64,000 nucleotides of DNA from Clostridia bacterium (GTDB taxonomy: Bacteria; Bacillota; Clostridia; TANB77; CAG-508), in the NCBI GenBank assembly GCA_045537285.1, contig JAZSPC010000050.1, positions 31,358 to 95,357 of the forward strand, in the 5' to 3' direction. Of this stretch, positions 1-12,597 are shown piece after piece. Within the stretch, counting starts at the first letter, position 1; every line of letters starts with the position of its first letter. Both the position numbers and the translations under genes were made by a program. The notes beneath the pieces are model-generated. The model had not been told where the DNA came from, made no database searches, and worked only from the letters and a program-made list of their open reading frames with translations.

Positions 1-1
1 A

Positions 2-616
2 AAAATTGAAGATAGAATAAATAGTTTCTTAAAGAAAAATAAAGAAAAAAGTAAGGATAAAGAAAGAAATTTTATAGATACAAAAGCAGGAAAAATATTG
101 CATTTAGATGGGGATAGGCTATATTCAGAAAAATCAGCTAGATATTACAGAAAAATGGGTTTAAATGCAGTGGTTAAAAATGTAGCAGAGAATAAACAAC
201 ATTTAATAGTAAAAGATTATATAAATAAATATAATCCAGATATATTGGTTTTAACAGGACATGATGGAATGATAAAAACTGGTACAAAATATGCAGATTT
301 ATCAAATTATAGAAATTCAAAATATTTTGCACAGGCTGTATTGGAAGCTAGAAAAGTATGTCCATCAAGTATTAGACTTGCAATATTTGCGGGAGCATGC
401 CAAAGTTTTTTTGAGGCAATAATGTCATCAGGAGCAAATTTTGCTTCTTCACCAGGAAGAATTTTAATAGATTTTATGGACCCGTTGATAGTGGCTGAAA
501 AAATAGCGACTACAAATAAAAATAAATTTGTAACAATTAAAGATATTGAAAGTGAGCTACGAGACGGAAAGAAGAGCATAGATGGAAGTGGAGTTATGGG
601 CAAAAAACTTTTGTAA
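2..616 (+). CDS. yabG: sporulation-specific peptidase YabG, C-terminal part (gene starts upstream of window)
   Basis: Frame is open to the window edge. Protein has the ILVLTGHDG-like motif. yabG-veg-sipL gene order matches Firmicutes. Confidence 0.5.
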   Translation, partial: KIEDRINSFLKKNKEKSKDKERNFIDTKAGKILHLDGDRLYSEKSARYYRKMGLNAVVKNVAENKQHLIVKDYINKYNPDILVLTGHDGMIKTGTKYADLSNYRNSKYFAQAVLEARKVCPSSIRLAIFAGACQSFFEAIMSSGANFASSPGRILIDFMDPLIVAEKIATTNKNKFVTIKDIESELRDGKKSIDGSGVMGKKLL

Positions 617-721
617 TATTTTTGTAACAATATTGTAATATAAAAGTAAAATTAGACAAATAAATCGCTAAAAGTACTGAAAAATATATACTTACGGCGA
701 ATTTTGTAAAATAATGTTCTT

Positions 722-750
722 TTGACTTTTTATGTAGAGCATGGTATAAT
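722..750 (+). promoter_or_regulatory. sigma-A promoter TTGACT-17-TGnTATAAT (extended -10) for veg
   Basis: Consensus -35 and extended -10 with 17-bp spacing about 30 nt upstream of the veg start. Confidence 0.5.
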
Positions 751-781
751 GAGGCCATCATAAATAAAGTAGGTGGTCAAA

Positions 782-1075
782 ATGATATTACCAAATGATA
801 TCACAAATTTAAAAACAGATATTACAGACAAAATAGGACAAAAGATAATAGTTAAGGGGGCACTTGGGAGAAGCAAATTTTTTGAAAAAGAAGCTACAAT
901 AGAAAAAACATATCCTAATTTATTTATAGTTAAATATGATGACGAAGAAAGAAACGTAACATATAGCTATAAAGATGTTTTAACTAGAACTGTTGAAGTT
1001 GAAGTTTATGACGGAGAAGGATATAGTCCTTTAATTCCACCACCTGTGGAAACAAAGAAAATAAAAAACCTATAA
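782..1075 (+). CDS. veg: Veg (biofilm/sporulation-associated small protein)
   Basis: About 98-aa protein with a Veg-like core (YSYKDVLTRTVEV). ATG at 782 preceded by AGGTGG. Sits downstream of yabG. Confidence 0.6.
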   Translation: MILPNDITNLKTDITDKIGQKIIVKGALGRSKFFEKEATIEKTYPNLFIVKYDDEERNVTYSYKDVLTRTVEVEVYDGEGYSPLIPPPVETKKIKNL

Positions 1076-1081
1076 ATTTTA

Positions 1082-1150
1082 AAGAAAGGTGTTAAATCAT
1101 CTTTCTTTTTTTGTGTAAAATTCCTAGTTAGTTAGGAATTTTTTTTTATT
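1082..1150 (+). terminator. two tandem rho-independent terminators after veg
   Basis: Hairpins agaaag...ctttct and attcctag...taggaat, each followed by a T-run. Confidence 0.5.
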
Positions 1151-1192
1151 TTCATAATATATTGTACTATATATTTTTATAGGAGGGATATT

Positions 1193-2737
1193 ATGGAAGT
1201 AGATGTAACAAAGCAAAATATTACCATAAACAAATTAGTGAGTAGTAAAAAAGAAATTGTAACAATAGAAGGGGACATGATAGTACCAGATGTAAAACCA
1301 GATATACTAAATACAATAGATACAGTAGGTAATGTTTGCATATACAAAAAAGAAGTTTTAGATGGAAGAGTTAGGTTTGATGGAAGTGTTAATTTAAATG
1401 TTATATATTTAGCAGACTCTGAAACAGATACAACGAGGGGATTAACAAATTCATTAGATTTTACACAAATAATAGATATTGATAATTGCAGAAGCGGAAT
1501 GGAATTAAGAAACAATATTACAATTAAAGACATAGAATGTAAGGTTTTAAACGGAAGAAAAATTAATACAAAAGTTGTATTAGAAATAGATATATACATA
1601 TATTCAAATGAAGAAATTAATATTTTAAAGGAAATAAATAATGTAGAAGGGGTGCAAACACTAAATTCAAATATGCAAATAAATAATTTGGTTGGAACAG
1701 GATGTTGTAGAGCAAGTGCAAAAGATACAATATCATTAACCCCAGAAGCTAACTTAGCAGAAATATTAAAAGTAGAAGTTAAATTAATAAATTGTGAAAC
1801 GAAGGTAAGCTACAATAAAGTATTGTTAAAAGCAGACGCATGTGTTAAATTAATGTATTTAACAGAAACAGGAGATATTAAAGTAAACTGCTCAACAATA
1901 CCGGTAATGGGATTTATAGATATGCCAAATGTTTCTGAGAACAATATTATAAATTGTCAGTATGAAATAAAAAATATATTAGTAAAACCAAATTCGGTAG
2001 AACAACATTCTGTATATATAGAAATAGAATTTGAAATTTGCTCAGATGCAACAGATACAGTAGAGGTTGAATCAATACAAGATATGTACTGCCCAAATGC
2101 AGATTTACAATTTAAACACAAGCAAGTAAATACAATAACTAAAAAACAGATAAATAAAAATGTTTGTAATGTGCGTGAAAGAATATCAATTCCTGAGATA
2201 TCAAGTAATCAAATTTATGATGTAGAAATTATGCCAGACATAACAAATGTAAATGTTTTAAATGGAAGAATAGTGTATGAAGGAGAGTTAAAACTAAACT
2301 TTATATTTTCGTCAAACAATAATTCTGGAATAGATACAAAAAGATATTCTCTGCCATTTACTCATAATGTAGATGATGAAAATATAAATCAAAACAAAAC
2401 AATAAATACAAATGCAAATTGCATAGATGATGAATTTGTAATAACATCAGATGGTATGGTAGATTGCAAAGTGAATTTAGAGTTTGAAACCCAAATGCAT
2501 GAAGATGCAAATATAAATTTAATAGATGAAATAAATATGACAGAAAACACAAATAATACAAATCCAAGTATGGTAATTTATATAGTAAAAGAAGGAGATA
2601 CAATTTGGGATATTGCTAAAAGATACAAAACAACAATGCAAGAAATTATTAATATAAATAATTTGGATAATGGAGATGAAATATATGTAGGAGAGAAATT
2701 ATTCATACCAAGATTTTATATGAACAGGATTGCTTAA
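1193..2737 (+). CDS. sipL: DUF3794-type sporulation protein with C-terminal LysM domain (SipL/SpoVID-like)
   Basis: C-terminal LysM signature (GDTIWDIAKRY...). Same yabG-veg-sipL context as the C. difficile sipL locus. Confidence 0.5.
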   Translation: MEVDVTKQNITINKLVSSKKEIVTIEGDMIVPDVKPDILNTIDTVGNVCIYKKEVLDGRVRFDGSVNLNVIYLADSETDTTRGLTNSLDFTQIIDIDNCRSGMELRNNITIKDIECKVLNGRKINTKVVLEIDIYIYSNEEINILKEINNVEGVQTLNSNMQINNLVGTGCCRASAKDTISLTPEANLAEILKVEVKLINCETKVSYNKVLLKADACVKLMYLTETGDIKVNCSTIPVMGFIDMPNVSENNIINCQYEIKNILVKPNSVEQHSVYIEIEFEICSDATDTVEVESIQDMYCPNADLQFKHKQVNTITKKQINKNVCNVRERISIPEISSNQIYDVEIMPDITNVNVLNGRIVYEGELKLNFIFSSNNNSGIDTKRYSLPFTHNVDDENINQNKTINTNANCIDDEFVITSDGMVDCKVNLEFETQMHEDANINLIDEINMTENTNNTNPSMVIYIVKEGDTIWDIAKRYKTTMQEIININNLDNGDEIYVGEKLFIPRFYMNRIA

Positions 2738-3449
2738 AATGTCTCTAATATATTCTAGGCCTAGAATAAAATTGCCAAAGTTTTTAATAATTAATAGCAA
2801 TAGAAATTTCAAAAATAAAAAAGCAGCAAAATTCTTTTTAATGTTATTTATAATTTGCTTCATAATAGGTGGAGTTGTAAAAGCAGTAGCACCTGTGTTT
2901 AATAAATTATGTACAGAAAAAGCTAAAAGTATTGCAACAATTATTACAAATGATGAAACTACAAATGCTATTATAGATTACAAGTATTCGGATTTTATAA
3001 TAATCCACAAAGATGAAGTAGGGAATATTTTAATGCTGGAATCTAATATGAAGAATATAAATATTGTTATATCAGATGTTGCAAATAGAATTCAAAAAAG
3101 TATTAATAATACAGATGAAGAAGATGTAAATATTAGTTTAGGAAGTTTCACAGGGGTTAGCTTGCTTTCGGGAAGCGGGTTTAGAGTGCCAATAAGAATT
3201 AGCACAGTGGGAAATGTAAAAACAGATATAAGAAGCGAGTTTAAAAGTAAAGGTATAAATCAAACTTTACATAGATTATATTTACAAATAGAATCTGAGA
3301 TATGTATATTAACACCATTTAATACAATACAAGAATCAATTACAAATCAATTGATTTTAGCAGAAAATATAATAGTAGGAGAAATTCCAGAAACATATTA
3401 CAACTTAGAAGGAATAACTGAAAGTGATGTAATGGAAGTAATGCAATAA
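2730..3449 (+). CDS. membrane-anchored sporulation protein, YunB-like
   Basis: N-terminal TM segment and about 239 aa. Overlaps the end of the sipL-like gene. Assignment from recalled family features only. Confidence 0.35.
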   Translation: MLKMSLIYSRPRIKLPKFLIINSNRNFKNKKAAKFFLMLFIICFIIGGVVKAVAPVFNKLCTEKAKSIATIITNDETTNAIIDYKYSDFIIIHKDEVGNILMLESNMKNINIVISDVANRIQKSINNTDEEDVNISLGSFTGVSLLSGSGFRVPIRISTVGNVKTDIRSEFKSKGINQTLHRLYLQIESEICILTPFNTIQESITNQLILAENIIVGEIPETYYNLEGITESDVMEVMQ

Positions 3450-3484
3450 TTTGACAATGTTTACAAAACATGTTATACTAAAAT

Positions 3485-3765
3485 AGCATTGAAGAGGAAA
3501 AGTAACTATATAATTCATAACAGTGAGTTGGGTATAGTGTGAACCAATTATGAATGTATTGTGAAAGAACACCTCTGAGCAAACTACCAAAAAGATAAAT
3601 CTTAGTAGGCTAGTTCGGAAGCAAACCGTTATCAGATTGCTATGCTTGTTAGAGCAGAAAAAAGAGATTACTAGAATAATAGATTATAAATATTAGTAAT
3701 AAATTAAGGTGGCACCGCGGATACCCGTATTCGTCCTTATTGTAGGATGATACGGGTATTTTTGT
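3485..3765 (+). promoter_or_regulatory. T-box riboswitch leader (candidate Asn specifier AAC at 3568-3570) with intrinsic terminator
   Basis: T-box sequence aattaaggtggcaccgcgg at 3702-3720. Terminator stem atacccgta/tacgggtat plus a T-run at 3721-3764. Specifier-loop-like GAAAGAACA. Confidence 0.6.
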
Positions 3766-3844
3766 ATTGAAAGGAGGGTAGCTACTAAATAAGTTTATGA
3801 TTAAATAGAATATTTAAATTAATATTTGAAAGGAGATGTTTAAT

Positions 3845-3892
3845 ATGTCAGATGACAATAATGATGATAATAATAACAATAATAAAACATAA
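3845..3892 (+). CDS. 15-aa Asn/Asp-rich leader peptide MSDDNNDDNNNNNKT
   Basis: AGGAG RBS 9 nt upstream of the ATG. 7 of 15 codons are Asn. The stop abuts an 11-bp perfect hairpin at 3893-3926. Lies between the T-box and asnA. Confidence 0.35.
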   Translation: MSDDNNDDNNNNNKT

Positions 3893-4004
3893 AATAGATT
3901 TATAAACTTCGTTTTAAATCTATTTTATAACTAAATAAAATAGATATATCCTACAAATATCTTAGTTTATTTAAAAAAATTAAATTAAGAAAGAAGGAAT
4001 TAAA

Positions 4005-4973
4005 ATGAAAAAAGAATTAAGTTATTTAGAAACAATAAAAATAATAAGTGAAATTAAAAAACAATTTGAAAGTCAAATAGAAACAAGACTACAACTTACA
4101 AAAGTTCAAAGCCCACTATTTGTAAAAACATCATCAGGTCTTCAAGATCAATTATCAGGAAGTGAAAAAGCAGTGGAATTTACAAAAGGAGAAGAAAAAT
4201 TTGAAATAATACATTCTCTTGCAAAATGGAAAAGAGAAGCACTTGGTAAATATGAATTTCCAATGCATACAGGAATTATTACAGATATGAAAGCAATAAG
4301 AAAAGACGAAGTAGTAGATGATATTCATTCTATATATGTAGAACAATGGGATTGGGAAAAAGTTATTGATAAAAAAGATAGAACAGAAGAATATTTAAAA
4401 GATACTGTAAAATCCATATACAAATCTATTAGACAGACTGGTATTTATGCAAAACAAAAATATCCTTTTTTAGAAATAGAGTTACCTAAAACTGTAACTT
4501 TTGTAACAAGCCAAGAATTGGAAGATATGTACCCTGATAAAACATCAGAAGAAAGAGAACAAATAATTACCAAAGATAAAAAAGCAGTATTCATAATTGG
4601 AATAGGAGATAAATTAAAATCTGGTAGAGCACATGATAAAAGAAGTCCTGATTATGATGATTGGAAATTAGATGGAGACTTATTAATCTATGATAAAAAA
4701 CTTGGTAAAGGTATAGAATTGACATCTATGGGAATAAGAGTAGATGATAAAGCATTAAAATATCAATTAGAACAAGCAAAGTGTATGGATAGAATTGATA
4801 AACCATATCATCAAAAGATATTAAAACAAGAACTACCATACTCAATAGGCGGTGGAATTGGTCAATCTAGAATATTTATGCTAATGCTCGGAAAAGAACA
4901 TATTGCAGAAGTTCAAGCATCTACTTGGGAAGAAAAGACTTATGAAAATCTAAAAGGTTTAAAGATACTATAA
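4005..4973 (+). CDS. asnA: aspartate--ammonia ligase (asparagine synthetase A)
   Basis: Clear AsnA signatures along the whole length (HSLAKWKREALG, VEQWDWEKV, GGGIGQSRIFMLML). Confidence 0.85.
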   Translation: MKKELSYLETIKIISEIKKQFESQIETRLQLTKVQSPLFVKTSSGLQDQLSGSEKAVEFTKGEEKFEIIHSLAKWKREALGKYEFPMHTGIITDMKAIRKDEVVDDIHSIYVEQWDWEKVIDKKDRTEEYLKDTVKSIYKSIRQTGIYAKQKYPFLEIELPKTVTFVTSQELEDMYPDKTSEEREQIITKDKKAVFIIGIGDKLKSGRAHDKRSPDYDDWKLDGDLLIYDKKLGKGIELTSMGIRVDDKALKYQLEQAKCMDRIDKPYHQKILKQELPYSIGGGIGQSRIFMLMLGKEHIAEVQASTWEEKTYENLKGLKIL

Positions 4974-5118
4974 TTGACTTTTTGAATAAAATTTAAAATA
5001 TTTTCAACAAAAGTATTGACTTTTTGAAAATAATATATTAAACTAACATCACAGAATTTGGGAATAAAAATAAAGGGAGCTAATTAGGAGCAAAATCTAA
5101 TGAAAGGAGATTCCTAAT

Positions 5119-5421
5119 ATGCAAAGTTTAGAACAAAAAGTTGATACAGTTATACAAAAAGTTGATCAAATGCAACAAACTATATCTAATGTTCAAGAAA
5201 ATCAAATTAATATGTTAATGGTACAAAATGAAATGTTAAGAGAACAAAAGATAATGAAAGAAGACTTTAAAAGATTAGACAAAAAGATAGACGACAACTA
5301 TAAAAAACTAGACAAGAAGATAGATGAAAATGCAGCAGATACTAGTGAAATCTTTAAAGACATATGTGTAAAACTAGATGAATTAAGTAATTCTAAACCT
5401 AGACTAACTATTCTTAAATGA
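5119..5421 (+). CDS. hypothetical coiled-coil protein with internal KKLDKKIDxN repeat
   Basis: ORF with an RBS (AAAGGAG). No recognisable family. Confidence 0.4.
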   Translation: MQSLEQKVDTVIQKVDQMQQTISNVQENQINMLMVQNEMLREQKIMKEDFKRLDKKIDDNYKKLDKKIDENAADTSEIFKDICVKLDELSNSKPRLTILK

Positions 5422-5529
5422 ATAGTTAGTTTTATTTATTAATGATTAAACTAAAATAAGGCTATAATATTGATAAACTCCTTAAATTAGTTTAAAATAA
5501 TGTTAGAGAATATAAAAGGAGAAACAGAA

Positions 5530-5991
5530 ATGAAATTTGTAATTCAAAGAGTAAAAAACGCATCAGTAGAAGTAGATAAAAAAGTAGTAGGAAAAATAAA
5601 TCAAGGTTTTTTAGTTTTAGTAGGAGTAACACATGAAGATACTTTTGAAATAGCAGATTATATGATTAAAAAACTTATAAATTTAAGAGTATTTAATGAC
5701 GAAAATGATAAAATGAATTTAGCACTAAAAGATGTAAATGGAGAATTATTATTAATTTCACAATTTACCCTATATGCTAACTGCCAAAGAGGTAACAGAC
5801 CAGAATTTATATCAGCAGCTAAACCTGAAAAAGCAGATGAAATCTATGAGTATATTGTTAAAGAATGCAAAAAACAAATAGATGTAGTAGAAACTGGAAT
5901 ATTTGGAGCAGACATGAAGGTTAGTTTGTTAAATGATGGACCAGTAACTATAATAATGGATAGTGAGGAGTTAATAAAAGGTAAAAAATAA
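5530..5991 (+). CDS. dtd: D-aminoacyl-tRNA deacylase
   Basis: MKFVIQRV start and SQFTLYA motif. About 153 aa. RBS AAAGGAG. Confidence 0.8.
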   Translation: MKFVIQRVKNASVEVDKKVVGKINQGFLVLVGVTHEDTFEIADYMIKKLINLRVFNDENDKMNLALKDVNGELLLISQFTLYANCQRGNRPEFISAAKPEKADEIYEYIVKECKKQIDVVETGIFGADMKVSLLNDGPVTIIMDSEELIKGKK

Positions 5992-5997
5992 TAAAAG

Positions 5998-6040
5998 AAA
6001 GCAGCTATTTTTTATAGCTGCTTTTTGTTTTTTCTTACGG
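5998..6040 (+). terminator. rho-independent terminator after dtd
   Basis: agcagctat...atagctgct stem followed by a T-run. Confidence 0.6.
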
Positions 6041-6072
6041 CAATCAATATTCACAAACATTTCACAATATTT

Positions 6073-6150
6073 TTAGCAAAAGGCATTGACAAGTGCTAAA
6101 AAAGTTGTATAATAATATTAGTTTTAGCAAACAATATAATAGATTGCTAA
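6073..6150 (+). promoter_or_regulatory. two CIRCE-like operators (9-N9-9 inverted repeats) around a sigma-A promoter upstream of hrcA
   Basis: TTAGCAAAA-N9-AAGTGCTAA at 6073-6099 overlapping TTGACA (6086-6091) and TATAAT (6108-6113). Second copy TTAGCAAAC-N9-GATTGCTAA at 6124-6150. Confidence 0.6.
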
Positions 6151-6165
6151 AAGGAGTGAAAAATA

Positions 6166-7197
6166 TTGAATGATAGAAAAAAACAAATATTACAAGCTAT
6201 CATAGAAGAATATATTCAAACTGCTGAACCCGTAAGCTCAAATGCAATTGTACAAAAATATAATTTAGATTACAGTAGTGCTACGGTAAGAAATGAAATG
6301 GCTAGTTTAGAAAAAGAAGGTTTTTTAGATAAGCCACATACATCAGCAGGAAGAATACCATCAGCAAAAGGATATCGCTTCTATGTAAATCAATTGTTAA
6401 AAGAAGATAATATTAGTTTAGAAGAAGTTGTATATTTGCAATCAAAACTTCAAACAAAAGTAAATCAAATGGAAGATTTAACTAAAATTACAACTAATAC
6501 ATTATCTGAAATAACACATTATCCAACAGTAAGTATTGGGCCTAATAAACACAATCAAATAATAGAAGATATAAAGTTTGTTCTTTTAGGAACAAGAAAT
6601 ATGATGGCAATTATATTAACAGATTCAGGAATTATTAAAGAAACAATTATTAAATTTGATGAAGATATTACAGAAGAACAAGTAAGTACATTATCATACG
6701 TTTTTAATAACAAATTAAAAGGGAAACCATTAGATATTATAGATACATCAATAGAAGAATATATTGTTTCAGAAATGACTTCTAATATAAATGTTATAAA
6801 ACCAATATTAAATGAAATAAAAAGAGCAGTAGATGAGCAAGGAAGCTTGTATTACGAAGGTACAAATAAAGCATTTGAACTTCCAGAATTTAAAAGTGTT
6901 GAACTTGCTAAAAGTTTTGTAAATGTATTAGATGCAGAAGAATTAGTAAAAGACACATTAAACTCAGGATTAGCAGAAGATATTAATGTATATATTGGTG
7001 GAGAAAATGAAAACGAGGAACTAAAAGATTTTAGTATAATAACTTTTAATCATAAAGTTCAAGGAAAATCGGTTGGAACAATTGGAATAATAGGACCTAA
7101 AAGAATGGATTATTCAAAAGTAATTTCTATTCTTAAATATATAAATAGAAAAATGAATCAAGGTGGTCTTCTTGGTTCGGGTCAAAAGGAGGAATAA
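6166..7197 (+). CDS. hrcA: heat-inducible transcription repressor HrcA (TTG start)
   Basis: HrcA N-terminal wHTH (EPVSSNAIVQKY). About 343 aa. First gene of the hrcA-grpE-dnaK-dnaJ operon. Confidence 0.85.
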   Translation: MNDRKKQILQAIIEEYIQTAEPVSSNAIVQKYNLDYSSATVRNEMASLEKEGFLDKPHTSAGRIPSAKGYRFYVNQLLKEDNISLEEVVYLQSKLQTKVNQMEDLTKITTNTLSEITHYPTVSIGPNKHNQIIEDIKFVLLGTRNMMAIILTDSGIIKETIIKFDEDITEEQVSTLSYVFNNKLKGKPLDIIDTSIEEYIVSEMTSNINVIKPILNEIKRAVDEQGSLYYEGTNKAFELPEFKSVELAKSFVNVLDAEELVKDTLNSGLAEDINVYIGGENENEELKDFSIITFNHKVQGKSVGTIGIIGPKRMDYSKVISILKYINRKMNQGGLLGSGQKEE

Positions 7198-7199
7198 AA

Positions 7200-7700
7200 T
7201 TGGAAGAAAATCAAAATGAAGAATTAAAAGAAGAAGTTGCAAGTGAAAATTGCAAAGAAGATACAGAATTAAATGCTGTAAAAACTGAATTAGAAGAAAC
7301 AACAGATAGATTAAAAAGACTAATGGCTGAATTTGATAACTTCAAAAAAAGAAGTGCAAAAGAAAGAGAAGGATTATACAACTCTTTATTATCAGACATA
7401 GTATCAAAAGTATTACCAGTTGTAGATAATTTAGAACAAGCAGTAAATAGCAATACAGCAGATGAGGGTTACAAACAAGGTGTACAATTAGTGTTAAAAC
7501 AATTTATAGATGTTCTTACATCATTAGGTGTTCAAGAAATTGAAGGAGCAGGAAGTACATTTAATCCTGAATATCATGAAGCAGTAAGTCTAGTTCAAGA
7601 TGAAAATTTAGGAGAAAAAGAAGTAAAAGAAGTGTTTAGAAAAGGCTATCGTATAGGCGATAAAGTAATTCGTCATGCTATGGTAGTAGTAGCAAATTAG
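7200..7700 (+). CDS. grpE: nucleotide exchange factor GrpE (TTG start)
   Basis: GrpE-like coiled-coil region and C-terminal domain. Operon position. Confidence 0.85.
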   Translation: MEENQNEELKEEVASENCKEDTELNAVKTELEETTDRLKRLMAEFDNFKKRSAKEREGLYNSLLSDIVSKVLPVVDNLEQAVNSNTADEGYKQGVQLVLKQFIDVLTSLGVQEIEGAGSTFNPEYHEAVSLVQDENLGEKEVKEVFRKGYRIGDKVIRHAMVVVAN

Positions 7701-7786
7701 TTATTAATTTTTTAAATTTATATAAATCACACAAAAGAAAATAAAATTAAGATTATATTAAACAAGGCTGCCAAGCCTAAAAATAG

Positions 7787-9667
<1,881 letters not shown>

Positions 9668-9672
9668 TTTAA

Positions 9673-9700
9673 AAGGGCAAGGTTAACCCTTGCCCTATTG
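9673..9700 (+). terminator. hairpin between dnaK and dnaJ (attenuator/terminator)
   Basis: agggcaagg-ttaac-ccttgccct, a 9-bp stem. Confidence 0.5.
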
Positions 9701-9719
9701 TTACATATTGGAGGAAAAT

Positions 9720-10871
9720 ATGGCTGAAAAAAGAGACTATTACGAAGTATTAGGTGTAAATAAAAATGCAACAGATGATGAATTAAAAAGAGCATATAGA
9801 AAACTTGCAAAAAAATATCACCCAGATGCTAATCCAGACAACAAAAAAGAAGCAGAAGCTAAATTTAAAGAAGTAAATGAGGCTTATGAAAATTTATCAG
9901 ATCCTCAAAAGAGACAAATGTATGACCAATTTGGACATAATGGTCCACAAGGATTTGGTGGAAATGGCGGAGGTTTCTATTCTGGGGGATTTGATGGATT
10001 TAATATGGGTGACTTTGGAGATTTAGGAGATATCTTTTCATCATTCTTTGGTGGAGGTTTTGGGGGTTCTGGAAGAACTTCTTCAAGACAGAGAACAGGT
10101 CCAGTTAAAGGTGCAAGTTTAAGATATGATTTAGAAATAACATTTGAAGAAGCATTTTTAGGAGTAGAAAAAGAAATAAGTTTTACTAGACAAGAAAATT
10201 GTGATACTTGTCATGGAACAGGTAGCAAACCAGGAACAAATGCAAGTACATGTTCGATGTGTGGCGGTAGCGGTCAAATTACTCAAATGCAAACCACAAT
10301 ACTTGGTCAAATGCAAACTACAAGAACTTGTCCAAACTGTCATGGTGAAGGAAAAATAATTAAAGAACCATGCGAAACTTGTAGAGGAAAAGGTCAAGTT
10401 AAAAAGCCAGTAAAAATAAAAGTAAAAATACCAGAAGGTGTAGACGAAGGTCAAACAGTAGTATTAAGAGGTCAAGGAGCAGCAGGAATACGTGGTGGAG
10501 AACAAGGTGATTTGTTTATAACAGTTCATTTAAAACCTCACAGTATCTATACTAGAAAAGGAAGTAATGTATATTGTGATATTCCAGTTACAATAACACA
10601 AGCAACCCTAGGAGCTGAAATAGAAGTACCAATGGTAGATGGAAAAGTAGAAAGATTCAAAATACCAGAAGGAACACAAACAGATACTAAATTTAGAATA
10701 AGAGGTAAAGGATTTAGAAACGGAAACTCTACAACTTATGGAGATTATATATTTACAGTAATAGTAAAAACACCTAAAAAACTAACAAAAGAACAAAGAG
10801 AACTGCTAGAAAAATTAGCAATAACTATGAGTGAACAGCCACCAGTAAAGAAAAAAGGAATATTTGGTTAA
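9720..10871 (+). CDS. dnaJ: chaperone DnaJ
   Basis: J-domain with HPD, G/F-rich region, and four CxxCxGxG zinc repeats. ATG at 9720 with GGAGG RBS. Confidence 0.9.
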   Translation: MAEKRDYYEVLGVNKNATDDELKRAYRKLAKKYHPDANPDNKKEAEAKFKEVNEAYENLSDPQKRQMYDQFGHNGPQGFGGNGGGFYSGGFDGFNMGDFGDLGDIFSSFFGGGFGGSGRTSSRQRTGPVKGASLRYDLEITFEEAFLGVEKEISFTRQENCDTCHGTGSKPGTNASTCSMCGGSGQITQMQTTILGQMQTTRTCPNCHGEGKIIKEPCETCRGKGQVKKPVKIKVKIPEGVDEGQTVVLRGQGAAGIRGGEQGDLFITVHLKPHSIYTRKGSNVYCDIPVTITQATLGAEIEVPMVDGKVERFKIPEGTQTDTKFRIRGKGFRNGNSTTYGDYIFTVIVKTPKKLTKEQRELLEKLAITMSEQPPVKKKGIFG

Positions 10872-10876
10872 AATTT

Positions 10877-10908
10877 AAGGAACTTCAATATTGAAGTTCC
10901 TTTTTTGT
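10877..10908 (+). terminator. rho-independent terminator after dnaJ
   Basis: aaggaacttcaa/ttgaagttcctt stem plus a T-run. Confidence 0.6.
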
Positions 10909-11048
10909 GAATTCAAAGTGAAAGCTCTTGACAGTTTAATATAATTTAAGGTAAAATATAATAGGTAAGTTTTAATTATATAAAATAAATAAAGAGATTA
11001 TATATATATTAGAACATTGAAAATTTAATAGAAAAGAGGGATAAGGTT

Positions 11049-12590
11049 ATGGAAGCTATAATCGTTATCGCCACTGTTCTAATCTCAGGAGCTGTTTTTA
11101 TTCCAACAGGAATGATTATAAGAAAAAAATCAGCAGAATCAAAAATATCAGGTGCAGAAAATGAAGCAAAAAGATTATTAGAAAATGCAAAAAGAGATGC
11201 AGAAAACATAAAGAAAGAAGAAATTTTTAAGGCCAAAGAAGAGATAATGAAATCTAGGGACGAGCTAGATAAAGAGATTAGAGAAAGAAGAGGCGAAGTA
11301 CAAAACCAAGAAAGAAGATTAATCCAAAAAGAAGAAAATTTGGATAGACGTATTGAAACTTATGATAAAAGAGAAAAAGAATTAGATAAAGAGTTTCAAG
11401 CAATTGAGAAAAAGAAAGAAGATATTAAAGAGATATTTAACAGACAAATGCAAGAACTACAAAGAATATCTGGATTATCAGTAGAAGAAGCTAAAAAACA
11501 ATTATTAGCTGAATTAGAAAAACAATTAAACAATGAAAAAGCTTTACTTATTAAAGAAATTGAAGGTAAAGCGAAAGAAGAAGCAAATAAAAATGCAAAA
11601 GAAATTTTAAGTTATGCTATACAAAAATGTGCAGCAGACCATACATCAGAAACTACTGTATCAATAGTTAACCTTCCAAATGATGATATGAAAGGTAGAA
11701 TAATTGGTAGAGAAGGTAGAAATATTAAAACATTAGAAACATTAACTGGTATAGATTTAATTATAGACGATACACCAGATGCAGTTGTTATATCAGGCTT
11801 TGATCCATTAAGAAGAGAAGTTGCAAAACTTGCTCTTGAAAAATTAATTGATGATGGAAGAATACATCCAGCAAAAATTGAAGAAATGGTTGAAAAAGCA
11901 AAAGAAGAAATAGAGGCAACAATTAAAGCAGAAGGTGAAAGAGCGACATTAGAAACAGGAGTTATGGGATTAAACCAAGACTTAATAAAATTAATAGGAA
12001 AATTAAAATACAGAACAAGTTATGGACAAAATGTTTTAAATCACTCAATAGAAGTTTCAAACTTAGCTAGAATAATGGCAGAAGAATTAGGTTTAGATGC
12101 AACAAGAGCAAGAAGAGCAGGATTATTACACGATATAGGAAAGGCATTAGACCACGATATGGAAGGAACCCATGTTGAACTTGGTGTTGAAGTATTAAGA
12201 AAATTCAAAGAAAATGAATTAGTAATTAATGCAGTTGAAGCACACCATGGAGATGTGGAACCACAAACATTAGAAGCTGTTTTAATACAAGCAGCGGACG
12301 CTATATCAGCTTCAAGACCAGGAGCAAGAAGAGAAACATTAGAAGCATATATTAAGAGATTACAAAACTTAGAAGAAATAGCAAATTCTTTTGAAGGTGT
12401 AGATAAATCTTTTGCAATACAAGCAGGTAGAGAAGTAAGAATTATTGTAAAACCTGAAAAAGTATCTGATGCAGATATGACAGTTTTAGCAAGAGATATA
12501 GCTCAAAAGGTAGAAAAAGAGATGGAATATCCAGGACAAATAAAAGTAAATGTAATCAGGGAAACAAGAACCATAGATTATGCTAAATAA
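11049..12590 (+). CDS. rny: ribonuclease Y
   Basis: N-terminal TM, KH domain, HD domain (LLHDIGK). 513 aa. Confidence 0.9.
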   Translation: MEAIIVIATVLISGAVFIPTGMIIRKKSAESKISGAENEAKRLLENAKRDAENIKKEEIFKAKEEIMKSRDELDKEIRERRGEVQNQERRLIQKEENLDRRIETYDKREKELDKEFQAIEKKKEDIKEIFNRQMQELQRISGLSVEEAKKQLLAELEKQLNNEKALLIKEIEGKAKEEANKNAKEILSYAIQKCAADHTSETTVSIVNLPNDDMKGRIIGREGRNIKTLETLTGIDLIIDDTPDAVVISGFDPLRREVAKLALEKLIDDGRIHPAKIEEMVEKAKEEIEATIKAEGERATLETGVMGLNQDLIKLIGKLKYRTSYGQNVLNHSIEVSNLARIMAEELGLDATRARRAGLLHDIGKALDHDMEGTHVELGVEVLRKFKENELVINAVEAHHGDVEPQTLEAVLIQAADAISASRPGARRETLEAYIKRLQNLEEIANSFEGVDKSFAIQAGREVRIIVKPEKVSDADMTVLARDIAQKVEKEMEYPGQIKVNVIRETRTIDYAK

Positions 12591-12597
12591 GATAATA

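Noticed and set aside
307-630. Minus-strand ORFs antisense to well-supported genes. Examples: 307-630, 1177-1599, 2358-2603, 9499-9810, 10158-10454, 13657-13944, 28504-29181, 40490-41745, 55399-55698.
   Set aside because: They lie entirely within, and antisense to, conserved genes (yabG, sipL, dnaK/dnaJ, ymdB, mutS, clpE, rplT). Long shadow ORFs are expected in AT-rich coding DNA. None has an RBS or recognisable product.
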